Shown: piece after piece, positions 1-10,587 of the stretch
How the letters are laid out: each line of letters opens with the position of its first letter
Numbering within the stretch: the stretch's first letter is position 1
DNA from: a virus
Lineage: Duplodnaviria; Heunggongvirae; Uroviricota; Caudoviricetes
IMG/VR virus record: IMGVR_UViG_2675903324_000015
Location: 1-37,665 of that record
Strand: one strand, 5' to 3'
Length of the DNA: 37,665 nt
Program-made: the position numbers and the translations under genes
The notes under the pieces: model-generated
Databases searched by the model: none
The model's input: only the letters and a program-made list of their open reading frames with translations
Told to the model about the DNA's origin: nothing

Positions 1-1053
1 TTACGGGGTAATGCCAACCGCTGCCGCCACTTTGTCGCCACTTGGCAGCGTTGCCAGAGGATTGAAACGGAGCGCCGTTTCCAGATGATCCGGTGCCAGA
101 TGTGCGTAACGCATCGTCATTTTTATATCGTGGTGTCCGAGAATTTTTTGTAAGGCCAGAATGTTTCCACCCGACATCATGAAGTGCGCCGCAAACGTAT
201 GGCGCAGAACGTGTGTGAGTTGACCGCGAGGGAGCACGATAGACGTTTTTTCCATCACGGATAAAAATTGAAAATAGCAGTCTGTGAAGAAATTGAACCC
301 ATCAAGCGCCATGATCTCTTCGTAAAGCTCTTTACTGATAGGGATGCTTCTGTTTTTCTTCCCTTTCGTTCTGACAAAGGTAATTCGGTATTTAGTCACC
401 TGTGAACGGGTAAGATTTATTGCTTCTCGCCAGCGTGCGCCTGTGCTTAAGCAGATCTTGACTACCAGTGCCAGAATTGGGTCCTGACGTTTGCAATCAG
501 CCAGCAATTCAACAATCTGTTCATGGGTAAGCCATGCCATCTCTTTTTCTGCGATGGTGAATTTTCGCATGTTCTCCAGTGGGTTCGGATACGACCATTC
601 GCCCAGGCGGGATAGTTCGCTAAAAACACTACTTAGATAGCTTTGCTCCAGGTTAACGGTGACCGGGCTTGCTCCTTTCTTCCATTTTTCGCTGAAGTAG
701 ATCTCTCCTGTCAGGCGTTTATCTCTATAGTGGGCAAACATTTTAGAGGTGAGATCGGTTGCAATGGGATTTCCCAGAGCGTCAACCATCAACAGCAATT
801 TGTCATAGACATGCTGCCCAGCCGTCAGAGATTTACCATGTAGTTTGAACCATAGCTCAACCACGTCTTTCAGTGTTCGACGATCCACTGATTCACCCAG
901 CCAGGGTTTTGCTTCGGTTTCTTCCATCGTGTGACGCTCAAAAGCCAGTGCTTCGCCTTTGGTGGCGAATTGTTTACGCACACGACGCCCACTACGTCCG
1001 GCGGGGTAACATTCGCAAAGCCATTTTCCTGTGGTGAGTTTTCGTACTGCCAT
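1..1053 (-). CDS. int: Tyrosine integrase (P2/186-type), 350 aa
   Basis: Full ORF with stop at 1-3; C-terminal region with R...HxxR...Y-type catalytic residues (LRHTFAAH, MRYAHL); position beside the att core and the CI repressor. Confidence 0.9.
   Translation of the reverse strand: MAVRKLTTGKWLCECYPAGRSGRRVRKQFATKGEALAFERHTMEETEAKPWLGESVDRRTLKDVVELWFKLHGKSLTAGQHVYDKLLLMVDALGNPIATDLTSKMFAHYRDKRLTGEIYFSEKWKKGASPVTVNLEQSYLSSVFSELSRLGEWSYPNPLENMRKFTIAEKEMAWLTHEQIVELLADCKRQDPILALVVKICLSTGARWREAINLTRSQVTKYRITFVRTKGKKNRSIPISKELYEEIMALDGFNFFTDCYFQFLSVMEKTSIVLPRGQLTHVLRHTFAAHFMMSGGNILALQKILGHHDIKMTMRYAHLAPDHLETALRFNPLATLPSGDKVAAAVGITP
20..40. repeat. attL core: 21-bp direct repeat GCTGCCGCCACTTTGTCGCCA, inside the 3' end of int
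   Basis: 20/21 identical to 34812-34832 in the same orientation; flanks differ on both sides; the copies bracket all phage-like genes. Confidence 0.6.
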
Positions 1054-1131
1054 AAAAAATGCCCTCCAATAGAGAGCATTTTTACTGTATGTATAACCAG
1101 TGTCAATGTATGATGCTTGAGGTTACATACA

Positions 1132-1503
1132 TCATAAGTACCGATATGATTGCGGGGCCGTTATGTTATCACCTAATGAACTTAGATGAAGCGGTTGATC
1201 ATAGATTTTTAAATTGCCAATTTCTATAGCAAAGGCTTTTTCTTTGCTATGAAAATATGAGTCAAAAAATTGTTTGCTGATACCTGCGTATTGGCTTGTT
1301 TTTTCCCATACAATACTTGGCTTGTCTTCTATAACGTCTGCAATGTCAAATTCAGCAACAACTTTACCGACAGGCATTGTTGAATAAATAACCACAGATT
1401 TTACATCCGGGTTTTTGAAAAGACCTTTCCTGAATTCAAACTTCTTTGTCCCATTAAGGATCTTTTCAACAAATTCAGGTTTTATTGACAATAATACTTT
1501 CAT
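1132..1503 (-). CDS. Small ASCH/PUA-like fold protein (123 aa), function unknown
   Basis: AT-rich ORF; N-terminal pattern (LSIKPEFVEKILNGTKKFEFRK) resembles ASCH-domain proteins such as YqfB; 29-nt overlap with the upstream gene suggests an operon. Confidence 0.45.
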   Translation of the reverse strand: MKVLLSIKPEFVEKILNGTKKFEFRKGLFKNPDVKSVVIYSTMPVGKVVAEFDIADVIEDKPSIVWEKTSQYAGISKQFFDSYFHSKEKAFAIEIGNLKIYDQPLHLSSLGDNITAPQSYRYL

Positions 1504-2554
1504 CTACAGCACCAAGTTTAATTATATCGTCAAATTGCTTATCGGTTAATTTAACAACACCCCAACGGTTTTTAGGATTCAAACCAATTTCTTTAATTAG
1601 TTTAGCACGATTTATTCTTTTAGGTAAAGCTAGATTATATGTAAAACTAATAATGTAAGGGTATCTTCTTGTTTGATAAAATTTTTTCAATTCATTTTCA
1701 GAAAATACACTGTATCGTGCACAATATTGTATGAATTCATTTTCATTATGAAAAGAATCAATATATCTAATATCTTCAACTACACATAATGACGTTGCGA
1801 CAGAACGATAGTATGCTCTGTTCTCTTCGTCACTTGTTCTGTAAATAACTAAGATGTCATGTTTTTTTATTTTTTTTACATCATACATTCTACATATATA
1901 TATTTTTCTAATGCTATTAGCATGAGATACATCCGTGATTATATCTGGAGATTCAGTGACGAGTTTTGAATCAGGAAAAAGTTTTGTATGAAATTCAGGG
2001 TGTATTGACAATAGGTATTTATTCTCATTATTTTTATTATTTATATATGGGTAATCAGAAAGTATATCACCCGTGAGGTGATTTCTATTCATCTCTCTTA
2101 CTAAAACATTTTCTATACCATTTGCGGTTTTTTTTGTGCCATGAAGAATGAATCCATAAAGTTTGAATAGTTTTATTAGATATTCATGTTTTTCAAATAC
2201 AGTAACGTAAATATCATTAACTCTTTCTTTTAAAGCATGATCAAATATTTTTTTTAAAAAACGTTGCCCTCGTAATGTTTTTTTTGTATTGAACTTAAAG
2301 GTTCCAATTTTCAAATGTTTATGATTGATAATTGATGGGGTGACATCAGTTATTTTACCGAATTCAATTTTTAAATACATAAAACCATCAATGGTATTAT
2401 CGTCATTATAAAGCACATATGCTTTTTCTTCTGGATTAAGACTTTTTCTGTTGAACCATTCAATAAAACCGTGTTCATAGTCATTCTTTAACGAATCAAA
2501 AAATGTATCGTCAAAATTTACTTGACTGAATGGAATAAGTTTTAAATTTTCCAT
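1475..2554 (-). CDS. Hypothetical protein (359 aa) with N-terminal GNAT-like acetyltransferase fold and uncharacterised C-terminal domain
   Basis: Motif-A-like RGQRFLKKIFDHAL and motif-B-like HEYLIKLFKLYGFI; strongly AT-rich, Asn/Lys/Ile-rich composition unlike the phage core. Confidence 0.45.
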   Translation of the reverse strand: MENLKLIPFSQVNFDDTFFDSLKNDYEHGFIEWFNRKSLNPEEKAYVLYNDDNTIDGFMYLKIEFGKITDVTPSIINHKHLKIGTFKFNTKKTLRGQRFLKKIFDHALKERVNDIYVTVFEKHEYLIKLFKLYGFILHGTKKTANGIENVLVREMNRNHLTGDILSDYPYINNKNNENKYLLSIHPEFHTKLFPDSKLVTESPDIITDVSHANSIRKIYICRMYDVKKIKKHDILVIYRTSDEENRAYYRSVATSLCVVEDIRYIDSFHNENEFIQYCARYSVFSENELKKFYQTRRYPYIISFTYNLALPKRINRAKLIKEIGLNPKNRWGVVKLTDKQFDDIIKLGAVDESIIVNKT

Positions 2555-2581
2555 GTTGCCCCCTGTTTAATTATTGTGAGA

Positions 2582-3646
2582 TTATTTTCTATAGGTCCAA
2601 AGGTGAATAATTATATATATTACAATAGCTAAAATTGCCCCACCGATATAATATGTGCTTGTCGGTATAAATTTAAGAATAAAAGCAAAGGCAGCACCAT
2701 ATATCAAGTACGCAAAAATTTTACTGAATTTGGTTTTCGTGTTTTTAAACTTCACAACAACAGAGAAGTCATTTAGTGTTGTTTCATTATCATTAACAAT
2801 CTTCCAATGGTAAATCATAGGGTCGTGATCACCAAATGAAATACCTTTTTCGAAATATTTTGTCCATGTTTCAGACTCTAATATTCTACATCCTTTATAA
2901 CTTGAGCCAGATGCTGAACATTCATCAACAATATCTCTTATTATAAACAAATGTGTTTTTAAAGGTGTGCAAGCGGCGCTCGCCAGAGTTGTAGCAATTT
3001 CTGAAGGTAGGTTTCTTTGTTCATTGATCCTAAAATCAATAATATCAGAACGCTCAATATTACTTTTGAGAAAGAGATCTTTTGGATAAAATGTTTTTAC
3101 TAAAACACCTATATCTTCATTGTTGAGTTTAACTCGAAATCTTAAATAATGTGGAGCATCCTCTGACGATAGGCAATCTTTTAGCTTGAAAACAATGAAG
3201 GTGCCATTATGTATTTTAGTTACCTTAACCCTACGATCAAGTTCGCCACCACTAAAGGTCAGATTTGTATTAACAACTAAATCACCTTTATTCGCAAGTT
3301 CTAATTTTGAATGTCTGACGTCTACTGTTTTTGTATTAATAAGATATTCATTAAAAACAGCTGTTACGAGATCTCGGCTTGACTCGAGATTTTTACTAAG
3401 ATCAGAAAAAAAACAATTTTCCTTCTCAAATGGTAAAAATATGCATATTGCACCATGATTTGCAATGGTGTCGTCATCAGGTTTTTTAAACGTAATACCA
3501 AAATCTAAATAACAAAATTTATGAGCACTTATATTCCAAAAATTTATGTGTAACTCATTAATAAAATTATTGCGTTCAGGGTTATAGGTCGAACTCGAAT
3601 TGCTCCTATAATCCCTACATCCCCAGATAGCAAAACTTTTTGACAT
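2582..3646 (-). CDS. Hypothetical membrane-anchored protein (354 aa): large N-terminal soluble domain plus two C-terminal transmembrane helices
   Basis: C-terminal hydrophobic segments IFAYLIYGAAFAFILKF and YYIGGAILAIVIYIIIHLW; AT-rich; first gene of the three-gene cassette between cI and int. Confidence 0.5.
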   Translation of the reverse strand: MSKSFAIWGCRDYRSNSSSTYNPERNNFINELHINFWNISAHKFCYLDFGITFKKPDDDTIANHGAICIFLPFEKENCFFSDLSKNLESSRDLVTAVFNEYLINTKTVDVRHSKLELANKGDLVVNTNLTFSGGELDRRVKVTKIHNGTFIVFKLKDCLSSEDAPHYLRFRVKLNNEDIGVLVKTFYPKDLFLKSNIERSDIIDFRINEQRNLPSEIATTLASAACTPLKTHLFIIRDIVDECSASGSSYKGCRILESETWTKYFEKGISFGDHDPMIYHWKIVNDNETTLNDFSVVVKFKNTKTKFSKIFAYLIYGAAFAFILKFIPTSTYYIGGAILAIVIYIIIHLWTYRK

Positions 3647-3674
3647 AAATATTTCCTTATATCATAGTAAATTA

Positions 3675-4328
3675 TTATACATCTGATAATACTTTTCGAT
3701 AGCATCTTGCGATGGGTTTTATATCGTCAAGCATACATTCAAAAAATGTTTGACCACTGCTAACTTTTACTCTCCCAACTGGAATTCTAACCAGATCACG
3801 AGAACTTATTTTTCCTTCTATTTCAACAATCCATTTCCCATCAATAATTTCATCAAATTTCATGTCTACCAGATAATTATCTGATAACTCAGAAAATATT
3901 GCGGGGGTAATCATATCCACCGGGAGCAAATCTTTATCAAAAATGTAAGAGGAATCACCTTGTAGCTTGCCATCTACTATTTTGTAATGTGGCAATTTTA
4001 TACCTTCTTTCGTTGCTTTAAGACGAGGAGAACCAACACCAGACACTAACCATTCGAGAGACACTCCCGTTTCTAGAGCGCACTGAATTACCCAATCAGC
4101 TGGAAAAATATCACGCATATAGCGCGTTGCCATGGTGCTCTTAGAAACACCTAAATGATCACAGAGAGCCTGACGGGTACCGAACCCATATGCTTCAACT
4201 AAACGTTCTATAGCTTTCTTACCGCCGCTATTGAAATCCACAAGTCCTCCAAAGAAATCCAAAACTCGTTGACAGATTCCAAAAGCGATCTTAAAGTTGA
4301 ACCAGAAGTGTTCTTTTGGAGCCTTCAC
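3675..4328 (-). CDS. cI: CI-like immunity repressor (186-type), 217 aa
   Basis: HTH-like segment TRQALCDHLGVSKSTMATRYMR; divergent from apl/cII; same strand as int. Confidence 0.7.
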   Translation of the reverse strand: MKAPKEHFWFNFKIAFGICQRVLDFFGGLVDFNSGGKKAIERLVEAYGFGTRQALCDHLGVSKSTMATRYMRDIFPADWVIQCALETGVSLEWLVSGVGSPRLKATKEGIKLPHYKIVDGKLQGDSSYIFDKDLLPVDMITPAIFSELSDNYLVDMKFDEIIDGKWIVEIEGKISSRDLVRIPVGRVKVSSGQTFFECMLDDIKPIARCYRKVLSDV

Positions 4329-4386
4329 TACTAATCACGACAAACAACGGCTCGCCACAAGCCATATCTAGAAGGAATATTGCCTT

Positions 4387-4590
4387 ATGACACCTAACAT
4401 TTCAATTACTCTGAATACACCACATGTCACAATCGAACGTTATAGCGAACTGACTGGCCTTGCTATTGATACGATTAACGACATGTTGGCTGATGGCCGA
4501 CTACCTCGTCATCGTCTTCGTAAAGACAAAAAACGTGAAAAGGTAATGATTAACCAGGCTGCTCTGACTGTTGATGCTTTGTCTGTTTAA
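4387..4590 (+). CDS. apl: Apl/Cox-like excisionase and switch regulator (67 aa)
   Basis: Small basic ORF, first gene of the rightward early operon, divergent from cI. Confidence 0.55.
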   Translation: MTPNISITLNTPHVTIERYSELTGLAIDTINDMLADGRLPRHRLRKDKKREKVMINQAALTVDALSV

Positions 4591-4645
4591 TAGACGTCTA
4601 TTTTCGCAATAAGACGCTGAGTTCGATTTTGCGATAAGTTCGGAG

Positions 4646-5164
4646 TTGAAAACCATGTTTGATTACCAAGTTTCCAAACATCCACATTTTGATGAAGCCT
4701 GTCGTGCATTTGCACTGCGCCACAATCTGGTGCAACTGGCAGAACGTGCAGGCATGAATGTGCAGATTCTGCGGAACAAGCTGAACCCAGCTCAGCCTCA
4801 TTTATTAACCGCACCAGAAATCTGGCTGCTTACCGATCTGACTGAAGATTCAACGCTGGTAGATGGTTTTCTGGCACAGATTCATTGTCTGCCATGTGTA
4901 CCGATTAATGAGGTGGCAAAAGAGAAACTGCCACATTACGTCATGAGTGCAACCGCAGAGATCGGGCGTGTTGCTGCAGGTGCGGTGTCTGGCGATGTAA
5001 AAACCTGTGCCGGTCGTCGTGATGCTATCAGCAGCATTAACTCTGTAACACGACTGATGGCGCTGGCGGCTGTTTCATTGCAGGCCCGTTTACAGGCTAA
5101 TCCTGCGATGGCGAGTGCAGTTGATACCGTGACTGGCCTCGGTGCTTCATTCGGTTTGCTGTGA
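4646..5164 (+). CDS. cII: CII-like lysogeny establishment activator (186 CII family), 172 aa
   Basis: Translation closely matches my recollection of phage 186 CII ([19 protein letters not shown]...AGMNVQ.LRNKLNP...[27 protein letters not shown]). Confidence 0.8.
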   Translation: MKTMFDYQVSKHPHFDEACRAFALRHNLVQLAERAGMNVQILRNKLNPAQPHLLTAPEIWLLTDLTEDSTLVDGFLAQIHCLPCVPINEVAKEKLPHYVMSATAEIGRVAAGAVSGDVKTCAGRRDAISSINSVTRLMALAAVSLQARLQANPAMASAVDTVTGLGASFGLL

Positions 5165-5171
5165 GGTGCTT

Positions 5172-5372
5172 ATGCTGACGAAAGAACCATCATTTGCATC
5201 GCTGCTGGTAAAACAAAGTCCGGCAATGCACTACGGTCACGGCTGGATCATGGGTGAGGATGGTAAACGCTGGCATCCGTGCCGTTCACAAGATGAATTG
5301 CTGGCAGAACTATCAACGAAAAAACGGGGGAACCAATGGCTATTGAAGGCGCTGCGGCGACTGTTCCATTAA
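5172..5372 (+). CDS. Hypothetical early protein (66 aa), at the position of 186 fil
   Basis: ORF with GAGGTG RBS before ATG at 5172; position in the early operon. Confidence 0.4.
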   Translation: MLTKEPSFASLLVKQSPAMHYGHGWIMGEDGKRWHPCRSQDELLAELSTKKRGNQWLLKALRRLFH

Positions 5373-5677
5373 GCCCCGGTGAACGCCTGAATGGACTTAA
5401 TCATATTGCGGAATTAAGAGCGAAAGTTTTTGGCCTGAATATTGAGTCAGAGCTTGAGCGGTTTATTAAAGATATGCGTGATCCACGGGATATCAATAAT
5501 GAACAAAATAAACGGGCACTGGCTGCCATATTCTTTATGGCAAAAATTCCAGCTGAACGTCATAGCATCAGCATTAATGAGCTGACCACTGACGAAAAGC
5601 GGGAGCTGATTAAAGCAATGAATCATTTTCGTGCAGTGGTGAGCTTATTTCCCAGACGGCTAACCATGCCGAATTAA
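5336..5677 (+). CDS. Hypothetical early protein (113 aa), at the position of 186 dhr
   Basis: ORF in the early operon; no recognisable motif. Confidence 0.4.
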   Translation: MAIEGAAATVPLSPGERLNGLNHIAELRAKVFGLNIESELERFIKDMRDPRDINNEQNKRALAAIFFMAKIPAERHSISINELTTDEKRELIKAMNHFRAVVSLFPRRLTMPN

Positions 5678-5744
5678 CCAACTAATGAAATTCATGGCGT
5701 AAACCCGCCAGGCATCCCTTTATCTAAATTCAGGAGAATTGATT

Positions 5745-5978
5745 ATGCGTAATATTGAAACCCTCACGACTAAAACCGGACCGGATGATGCAGGGCTTAA
5801 TATTTTACTGACAGAGGCTCGTCTGGAAGAACGCCGGGCAAGGGCTGAAGCAATGGCAGCTCGCCTTGATAGCCTGGCGTGTCATATCACATCCCGCCAG
5901 CTAAACCACGTCGAAGCGGCAGAACTGCTGCGTGTGACTGCTGAAGCAATCCAGAACGAAGCGCAGGAGATCCACTGA
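5745..5978 (+). CDS. Hypothetical early protein (77 aa)
   Basis: CAGGAG RBS 8 nt upstream of ATG at 5745; stop overlaps the next start. Confidence 0.45.
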   Translation: MRNIETLTTKTGPDDAGLNILLTEARLEERRARAEAMAARLDSLACHITSRQLNHVEAAELLRVTAEAIQNEAQEIH

Positions 5979-6205
5979 TGGCTGATGCAATGGATCTCGT
6001 ACAGCAGCGCGTTGAAGAAGAACGCCAGCGTCATATCCGTGCTGCCCGCGCCAAAACGCCGGGCGTATCCCGCGTGCTTTGCATTGAGTGTGAAGCACCA
6101 ATTCCGCCAGCACGACGTCGCGCCATTCCGGGTGTGCAGCTTTGCATTACCTGTCAGGAAATCGCAGAGCTGAAAGGCAAACATTACAACGGAGGTGCTG
6201 TATGA
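5978..6205 (+). CDS. TraR/DksA-family C4 zinc-finger protein (75 aa)
   Basis: CxxC...CxxC pattern (CIECEAPIP...CITCQE). Confidence 0.6.
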   Translation: MADAMDLVQQRVEEERQRHIRAARAKTPGVSRVLCIECEAPIPPARRRAIPGVQLCITCQEIAELKGKHYNGGAV

Positions 6206-7050
6206 GCACCATCCTGAAATGGGCGGGTAATAAAACCGCCATTATGCCAGAACTGAAAAAATACCTTCCTGCTGGCCCGCGACTGGTTGAACCTTTCGCG
6301 GGTTCTTGTGCTGTGATGATAGAGACGGATTACCCCAGCTATCTTGTTGCGGATATTAATCCTGATTTAATCAACTTCTATAAAAAGGTTGCTGCTGATT
6401 GCGAGGCGTTTATATCTCGTGCCAGAGCTTTATTTGAGGAAGCAAACAGGGAGGTGGCTTATTACAACATAAGGCAGGAGTTTAATTACTCCACTGAAAT
6501 TACTGATTTCATGAAAGCGGTATATTTCCTGTATCTCAATCGTCATGGTTACCGTGGGTTATGTCGCTATAACAAGAGCGGGCATTTCAACATTCCCTAC
6601 GGGAATTATAAAAATCCGTATTTCCCTGAAAAAGAAATTCGCAAATTTGCAGAAAAAGCCCAGCGAGCAACGTTTATCTGCGCCAGCTTTGATGAAACGC
6701 TGGCGATGTTGAAGGCGGGGGATGTGGTGTATTGCGATCCGCCTTATGACGGTACGTTTTCCGGCTATCACACTGATGGCTTCACTGAGGATGACCAGTA
6801 TCACCTGGCATCCGTTCTTGAACATCGATCATCTGAAGGTCATCCGGTCATTGTTTCTAACAGTGACACATCCCTGATTCGTTCGCTGTATCGCAATTTC
6901 ACTCACCACTACATCAAGGCAAAACGCAGCATTGGCGTGTCAGCTGGCGAGAGTAAATCTGCAACAGAAATCATTGCCACCAAATCAGCTGGGGGGTTTG
7001 GTGTCGATTTTGCCAGCGGCTCTGACCGTACCGTTGAGGTACGCGCATGA
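6202..7050 (+). CDS. DNA N6-adenine methyltransferase (Dam-like), 282 aa
   Basis: Motif I FAGSCAV and motif IV DPPY ([10 protein letters not shown]); GGAGG RBS before ATG at 6202. Confidence 0.85.
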
Positions 7051-8057
7051 ATGCTATCGATCCGCGTTGCTTTGCCTCAGGCACCATTAACGTCATCAAT
7101 ACTTCTGGTGGCAAAGATAGTCTCGCTCAATGGCTAAGAGCCATTGAAAACGATGTTCCGCATATTTCTGTATTTGCCGATACGGGTCATGAACATCCAC
7201 AGACAATAGAATATCTGGATTATCTGGAATCAAAGCTGGGCAAGATTATTCGCGTCAAAGCGGATTTCACACGCCAGATAGAAGGGAAACGTAAATTCAT
7301 TGCGGAAAAGTGGCCCATTTCTCTCGTTGAGGAATGTGGTATGTCGACAGATGAGGCTGAGGAACGTATTTACCGGGCACTGGAAATCCTTAAACCAACC
7401 GGCGTTCCGTTTCTTGATTTGTGCATGTGGAAAGGTCGCTTCCCTTCAACAAAAGCTCGTTTCTGCACTTTTGAACTGAAACATGAACCAATACGTACAC
7501 AGGTAATCGATCCAGCTCTGGATGAATACGATGAGGTAATCAGCTGGCAAGGAGTCCGGGGGCAGGAATCACCGGAACGTGCATTGTTGCCTGAGTGGGA
7601 GGACGATGCAGACAATACTCTGGGGCTGCATGTTTATCGTCCGATCCTTAATTGGCTGCATGAGGATGTGTTTGCTATTGCCAAACGTCATGGCATTAAG
7701 CCTAACCCCCTTTATATGCAGGGATGCAGTCGTGTCGGTTGTATGCCATGCATTCATGCTCGCAAGTCAGAACTTGGAGAGATTTTCCAACGCTGGCCAG
7801 AAGAAATCCGCCGAGTGGCTGAGTGGGAAAGACTGGTTGCGGAATGTTCAAGACGTGGCAATTCAACGTTCTTTCCATCCACGCATGATCCGCGCCGTGC
7901 TGAAAAACGGATCGAAGTCATAACTGTTGATGCTTATGGCATTGAAACTTATCGGGACTGGGCCTTAACGACTCGGGGCGGTATGCAGTTTGACCTGCTG
8001 GCAGGCATGAATGATAAAGCGGTGTGCAGCAGTGTATATGCAGGAGTCTGTGAGTGA
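7047..8057 (+). CDS. PAPS-reductase / ATP-pyrophosphatase-like protein (336 aa)
   Basis: N-terminal PP-loop motif SGGKDS; Cys-rich C-terminal region ([10 protein letters not shown]); start overlaps the Dam stop. Confidence 0.65.
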   Translation: MNAIDPRCFASGTINVINTSGGKDSLAQWLRAIENDVPHISVFADTGHEHPQTIEYLDYLESKLGKIIRVKADFTRQIEGKRKFIAEKWPISLVEECGMSTDEAEERIYRALEILKPTGVPFLDLCMWKGRFPSTKARFCTFELKHEPIRTQVIDPALDEYDEVISWQGVRGQESPERALLPEWEDDADNTLGLHVYRPILNWLHEDVFAIAKRHGIKPNPLYMQGCSRVGCMPCIHARKSELGEIFQRWPEEIRRVAEWERLVAECSRRGNSTFFPSTHDPRRAEKRIEVITVDAYGIETYRDWALTTRGGMQFDLLAGMNDKAVCSSVYAGVCE

Positions 8058-10495
8058 CAGAGATCAGCACAGGCCGTCTTGCCGCTCCATTTGTCAGTGT
8101 AACTTCCGGTAGCATTGAGAATTCTGCCGGGGGTTATTCGTGGAATTTACCTAAGAAAGCCATTAACCCTTATCTGGACCCGGCGGAAGTTGCGCCGGTT
8201 TCTGCGCTTTCAAACCTGATCACTCTGTACGCTACCGATAACGAGCAGGAACAACTGCGCCGCGAGGCACTGAGTGATCAGGTCTGGGAGCGTTATTTCT
8301 TTAATGAATCCCGTGATCCTGTCCAGCGCGAAATGGAGCAGGATAAGCTCATTAGCCGGGCAAAGTTGGCGCATGAGCAGCAGCGTTTTAACCCGGACAT
8401 GGTCATTCTGGCAGACGTCAGCGCCCAGCCCTCCCATATCAGCAAGCCGCTGATGCAACGTATTGAATACTTCAGCAGCCTGGGCAGGCCAAAGGCTTAT
8501 TCCCGCTATTTACGTGAGACGATTAAGCCATGTCTGGAACGACTGGAGCATGTACGCGACAGTCAGCTATCCACTTCTTTTCGCTTTATGGCAAGCCATG
8601 AAGGGCTGGACGGCCTGCTAATCCTGCCTGAAATGAGTCAGGATCAGGTGAAACGCCTGTCCACCCTGGTAGCTGCGCATATGAGCATGTGCCTTGATGC
8701 AGCTTGTGGCGATTTGTATGCCACCGATGATGTTAAGCCAGAAGAAATCCGCAAGACATGGGAAAAGGTGGCAGCAGAAACCCTGCGTCTGGATGTCATC
8801 CCGCCTGCGTTTGAGCAACTCCGTAGGAAAAGAAAGCGCCGTAAACCAGTGCCCTATGAACTCATTCCGGGTTCGCTGGCGCGTATGCTGTGCGCCGACT
8901 GGTGGTATCGGAAATTGTGGAAGATGCGTTGCGAATGGCGGGAAGAGCAGTTGCGTGCTGTCTGCCTGGTCAGCAAAAAAGCATCTCCCTATGTCAGCTA
9001 TGAAGCCGTGATGCATAAACGTGAGCAGCGCCGTAAGTCGCTGGAGTTTTTCCGTTCTCATGAACTGGTGAACGAAGACGGCGACACGCTGGATATGGAA
9101 GATGTGGTAAACGCCAGTAGTAGCAACCCGGCGCATCGCCGCAATGAGATGATGGCATGTGTTAAAGGTCTGGAGCTTATCGCGGAAATGCGCGGTGACT
9201 GCGCCGTTTTCTACACCATCACCTGTCCGTCACGTTTCCATTCCACGCTAAATAACGGCAGGCCCAACCCGACCTGGACAAATGCGACGGTAAGACAAAG
9301 CAGTGATTATCTGGTCGGCATGTTTGCTGCATTTCGTAAGGCGATGCACAAAGCCGGATTGCGCTGGTATGGCGTGCGGGTGGCTGAGCCGCATCATGAC
9401 GGTACAGTTCACTGGCACCTGTTGTGTTTTATGCGCAAAAAAGATCGCCGCGCCATTACTGCTTTGTTGCGTAAGTTTGCCATTCGTGAAGACCGCGAGG
9501 AGCTGGGTAATAACACAGGACCACGCTTTAAGTCTGAGTTGATTAACCCGCGCAAAGGTACGCCAACAAGCTACATCGCGAAATACATCAGTAAGAACAT
9601 TGACGGGCGTGGTCTGGCTGGCGAGATCAGCAAGGAAACGGGTAAATCCCTGCGTGATAACGCTGAATACGTTAATGCCTGGGCGTCTCTGCATCGTGTT
9701 CAGCAATTCCGCTTCTTTGGTATTCCAGGGCGTCAGGCTTACCGTGAACTGCGGTTGTTGGCTGGTCAGGCGGCAAGGCAGCAGGGTGACAAAAAAGCAG
9801 GTGCGCCGGTACTGGATAACCCGCGCCTTGATGCAATCCTGGCTGCTGCTGATGCTGGCTGTTTTGCCACCTACATTATGAGGCAGGGCGGCGTGCTGGT
9901 TCCTCGCAAATATCACTTGATCAGAACCGCTTATGAAATCAATGAAGAGCCGACCGCCTATGGCGATCACGGTATTCGTATTTATGGCATCTGGTCACCC
10001 ATTGCAGAGGGCAAGATCTGCACTCATGCAGTGAAGTGGAAAATGGTTCGTAAAGCCGTTGACGTTCAGGAGGCGGCAGCCGACCAGGGCGCTTGCGCCC
10101 CTTGGACTCGTGGCAATAACTGTCCCCTTGCTGAAAATTTGAACCAACAAGGGAAAGACAAATCAGCTGATGGGGATACTAGGACGGACATTACCCGCAT
10201 GGATGACAAGGAGTTGCACGATTACCTGCACAGTATGAGCAAAAAAGAGCGCCGGGAACTGGCTGCAAGGTTACGCCTGGTGAAACCGAAACGGCGTAAA
10301 GACTACAAACAGCGAATTACAGACCATCAGCGACAGCAGCTCGTCTATGAACTGAAGTCCAGAGGATTTAATGGCAGCGAGAAAGAGGTCGATTTACTCC
10401 TTCGCGGCGGCAGTATTCCGTCAGGAGCAGGCCTGCGTATCTTCTATCGGAACCAGCGTTTGCAGGAAGATGATAAGTGGCGAAACCTGTATTAA
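8054..10495 (+). CDS. A: Replication initiation protein A (rolling-circle nicking endonuclease, P2 gpA family), 813 aa
   Basis: HUH-type motif VHWHLLCF and nearby YIAKYISK tyrosine motif; size and position; GTG start. Confidence 0.85.
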   Translation: MTEISTGRLAAPFVSVTSGSIENSAGGYSWNLPKKAINPYLDPAEVAPVSALSNLITLYATDNEQEQLRREALSDQVWERYFFNESRDPVQREMEQDKLISRAKLAHEQQRFNPDMVILADVSAQPSHISKPLMQRIEYFSSLGRPKAYSRYLRETIKPCLERLEHVRDSQLSTSFRFMASHEGLDGLLILPEMSQDQVKRLSTLVAAHMSMCLDAACGDLYATDDVKPEEIRKTWEKVAAETLRLDVIPPAFEQLRRKRKRRKPVPYELIPGSLARMLCADWWYRKLWKMRCEWREEQLRAVCLVSKKASPYVSYEAVMHKREQRRKSLEFFRSHELVNEDGDTLDMEDVVNASSSNPAHRRNEMMACVKGLELIAEMRGDCAVFYTITCPSRFHSTLNNGRPNPTWTNATVRQSSDYLVGMFAAFRKAMHKAGLRWYGVRVAEPHHDGTVHWHLLCFMRKKDRRAITALLRKFAIREDREELGNNTGPRFKSELINPRKGTPTSYIAKYISKNIDGRGLAGEISKETGKSLRDNAEYVNAWASLHRVQQFRFFGIPGRQAYRELRLLAGQAARQQGDKKAGAPVLDNPRLDAILAAADAGCFATYIMRQGGVLVPRKYHLIRTAYEINEEPTAYGDHGIRIYGIWSPIAEGKICTHAVKWKMVRKAVDVQEAAADQGACAPWTRGNNCPLAENLNQQGKDKSADGDTRTDITRMDDKELHDYLHSMSKKERRELAARLRLVKPKRRKDYKQRITDHQRQQLVYELKSRGFNGSEKEVDLLLRGGSIPSGAGLRIFYRNQRLQEDDKWRNLY

Positions 10496-10587
10496 TTACG
10501 CGGGTTAACAATTCGTGCTCTTAATAATACCAAGCATATCAGGCTAATGAACGTAAAAAAACGTTTTACATCAGTAAGATTATTATA

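Noticed and set aside
3186-3458. 90-aa ORF on the + strand inside the AT-rich cassette
   Set aside because: Antisense to the 354-aa membrane-protein gene; short, no RBS.
4587-4814. Two overlapping minus-strand ORFs (75 and 67 aa)
   Set aside because: Antisense to the apl end and cII start; they could encode a leftward transcript region, but there is no support for a protein.
9248-9970. 240-aa ORF on the - strand
   Set aside because: Lies wholly inside and antisense to replication gene A.
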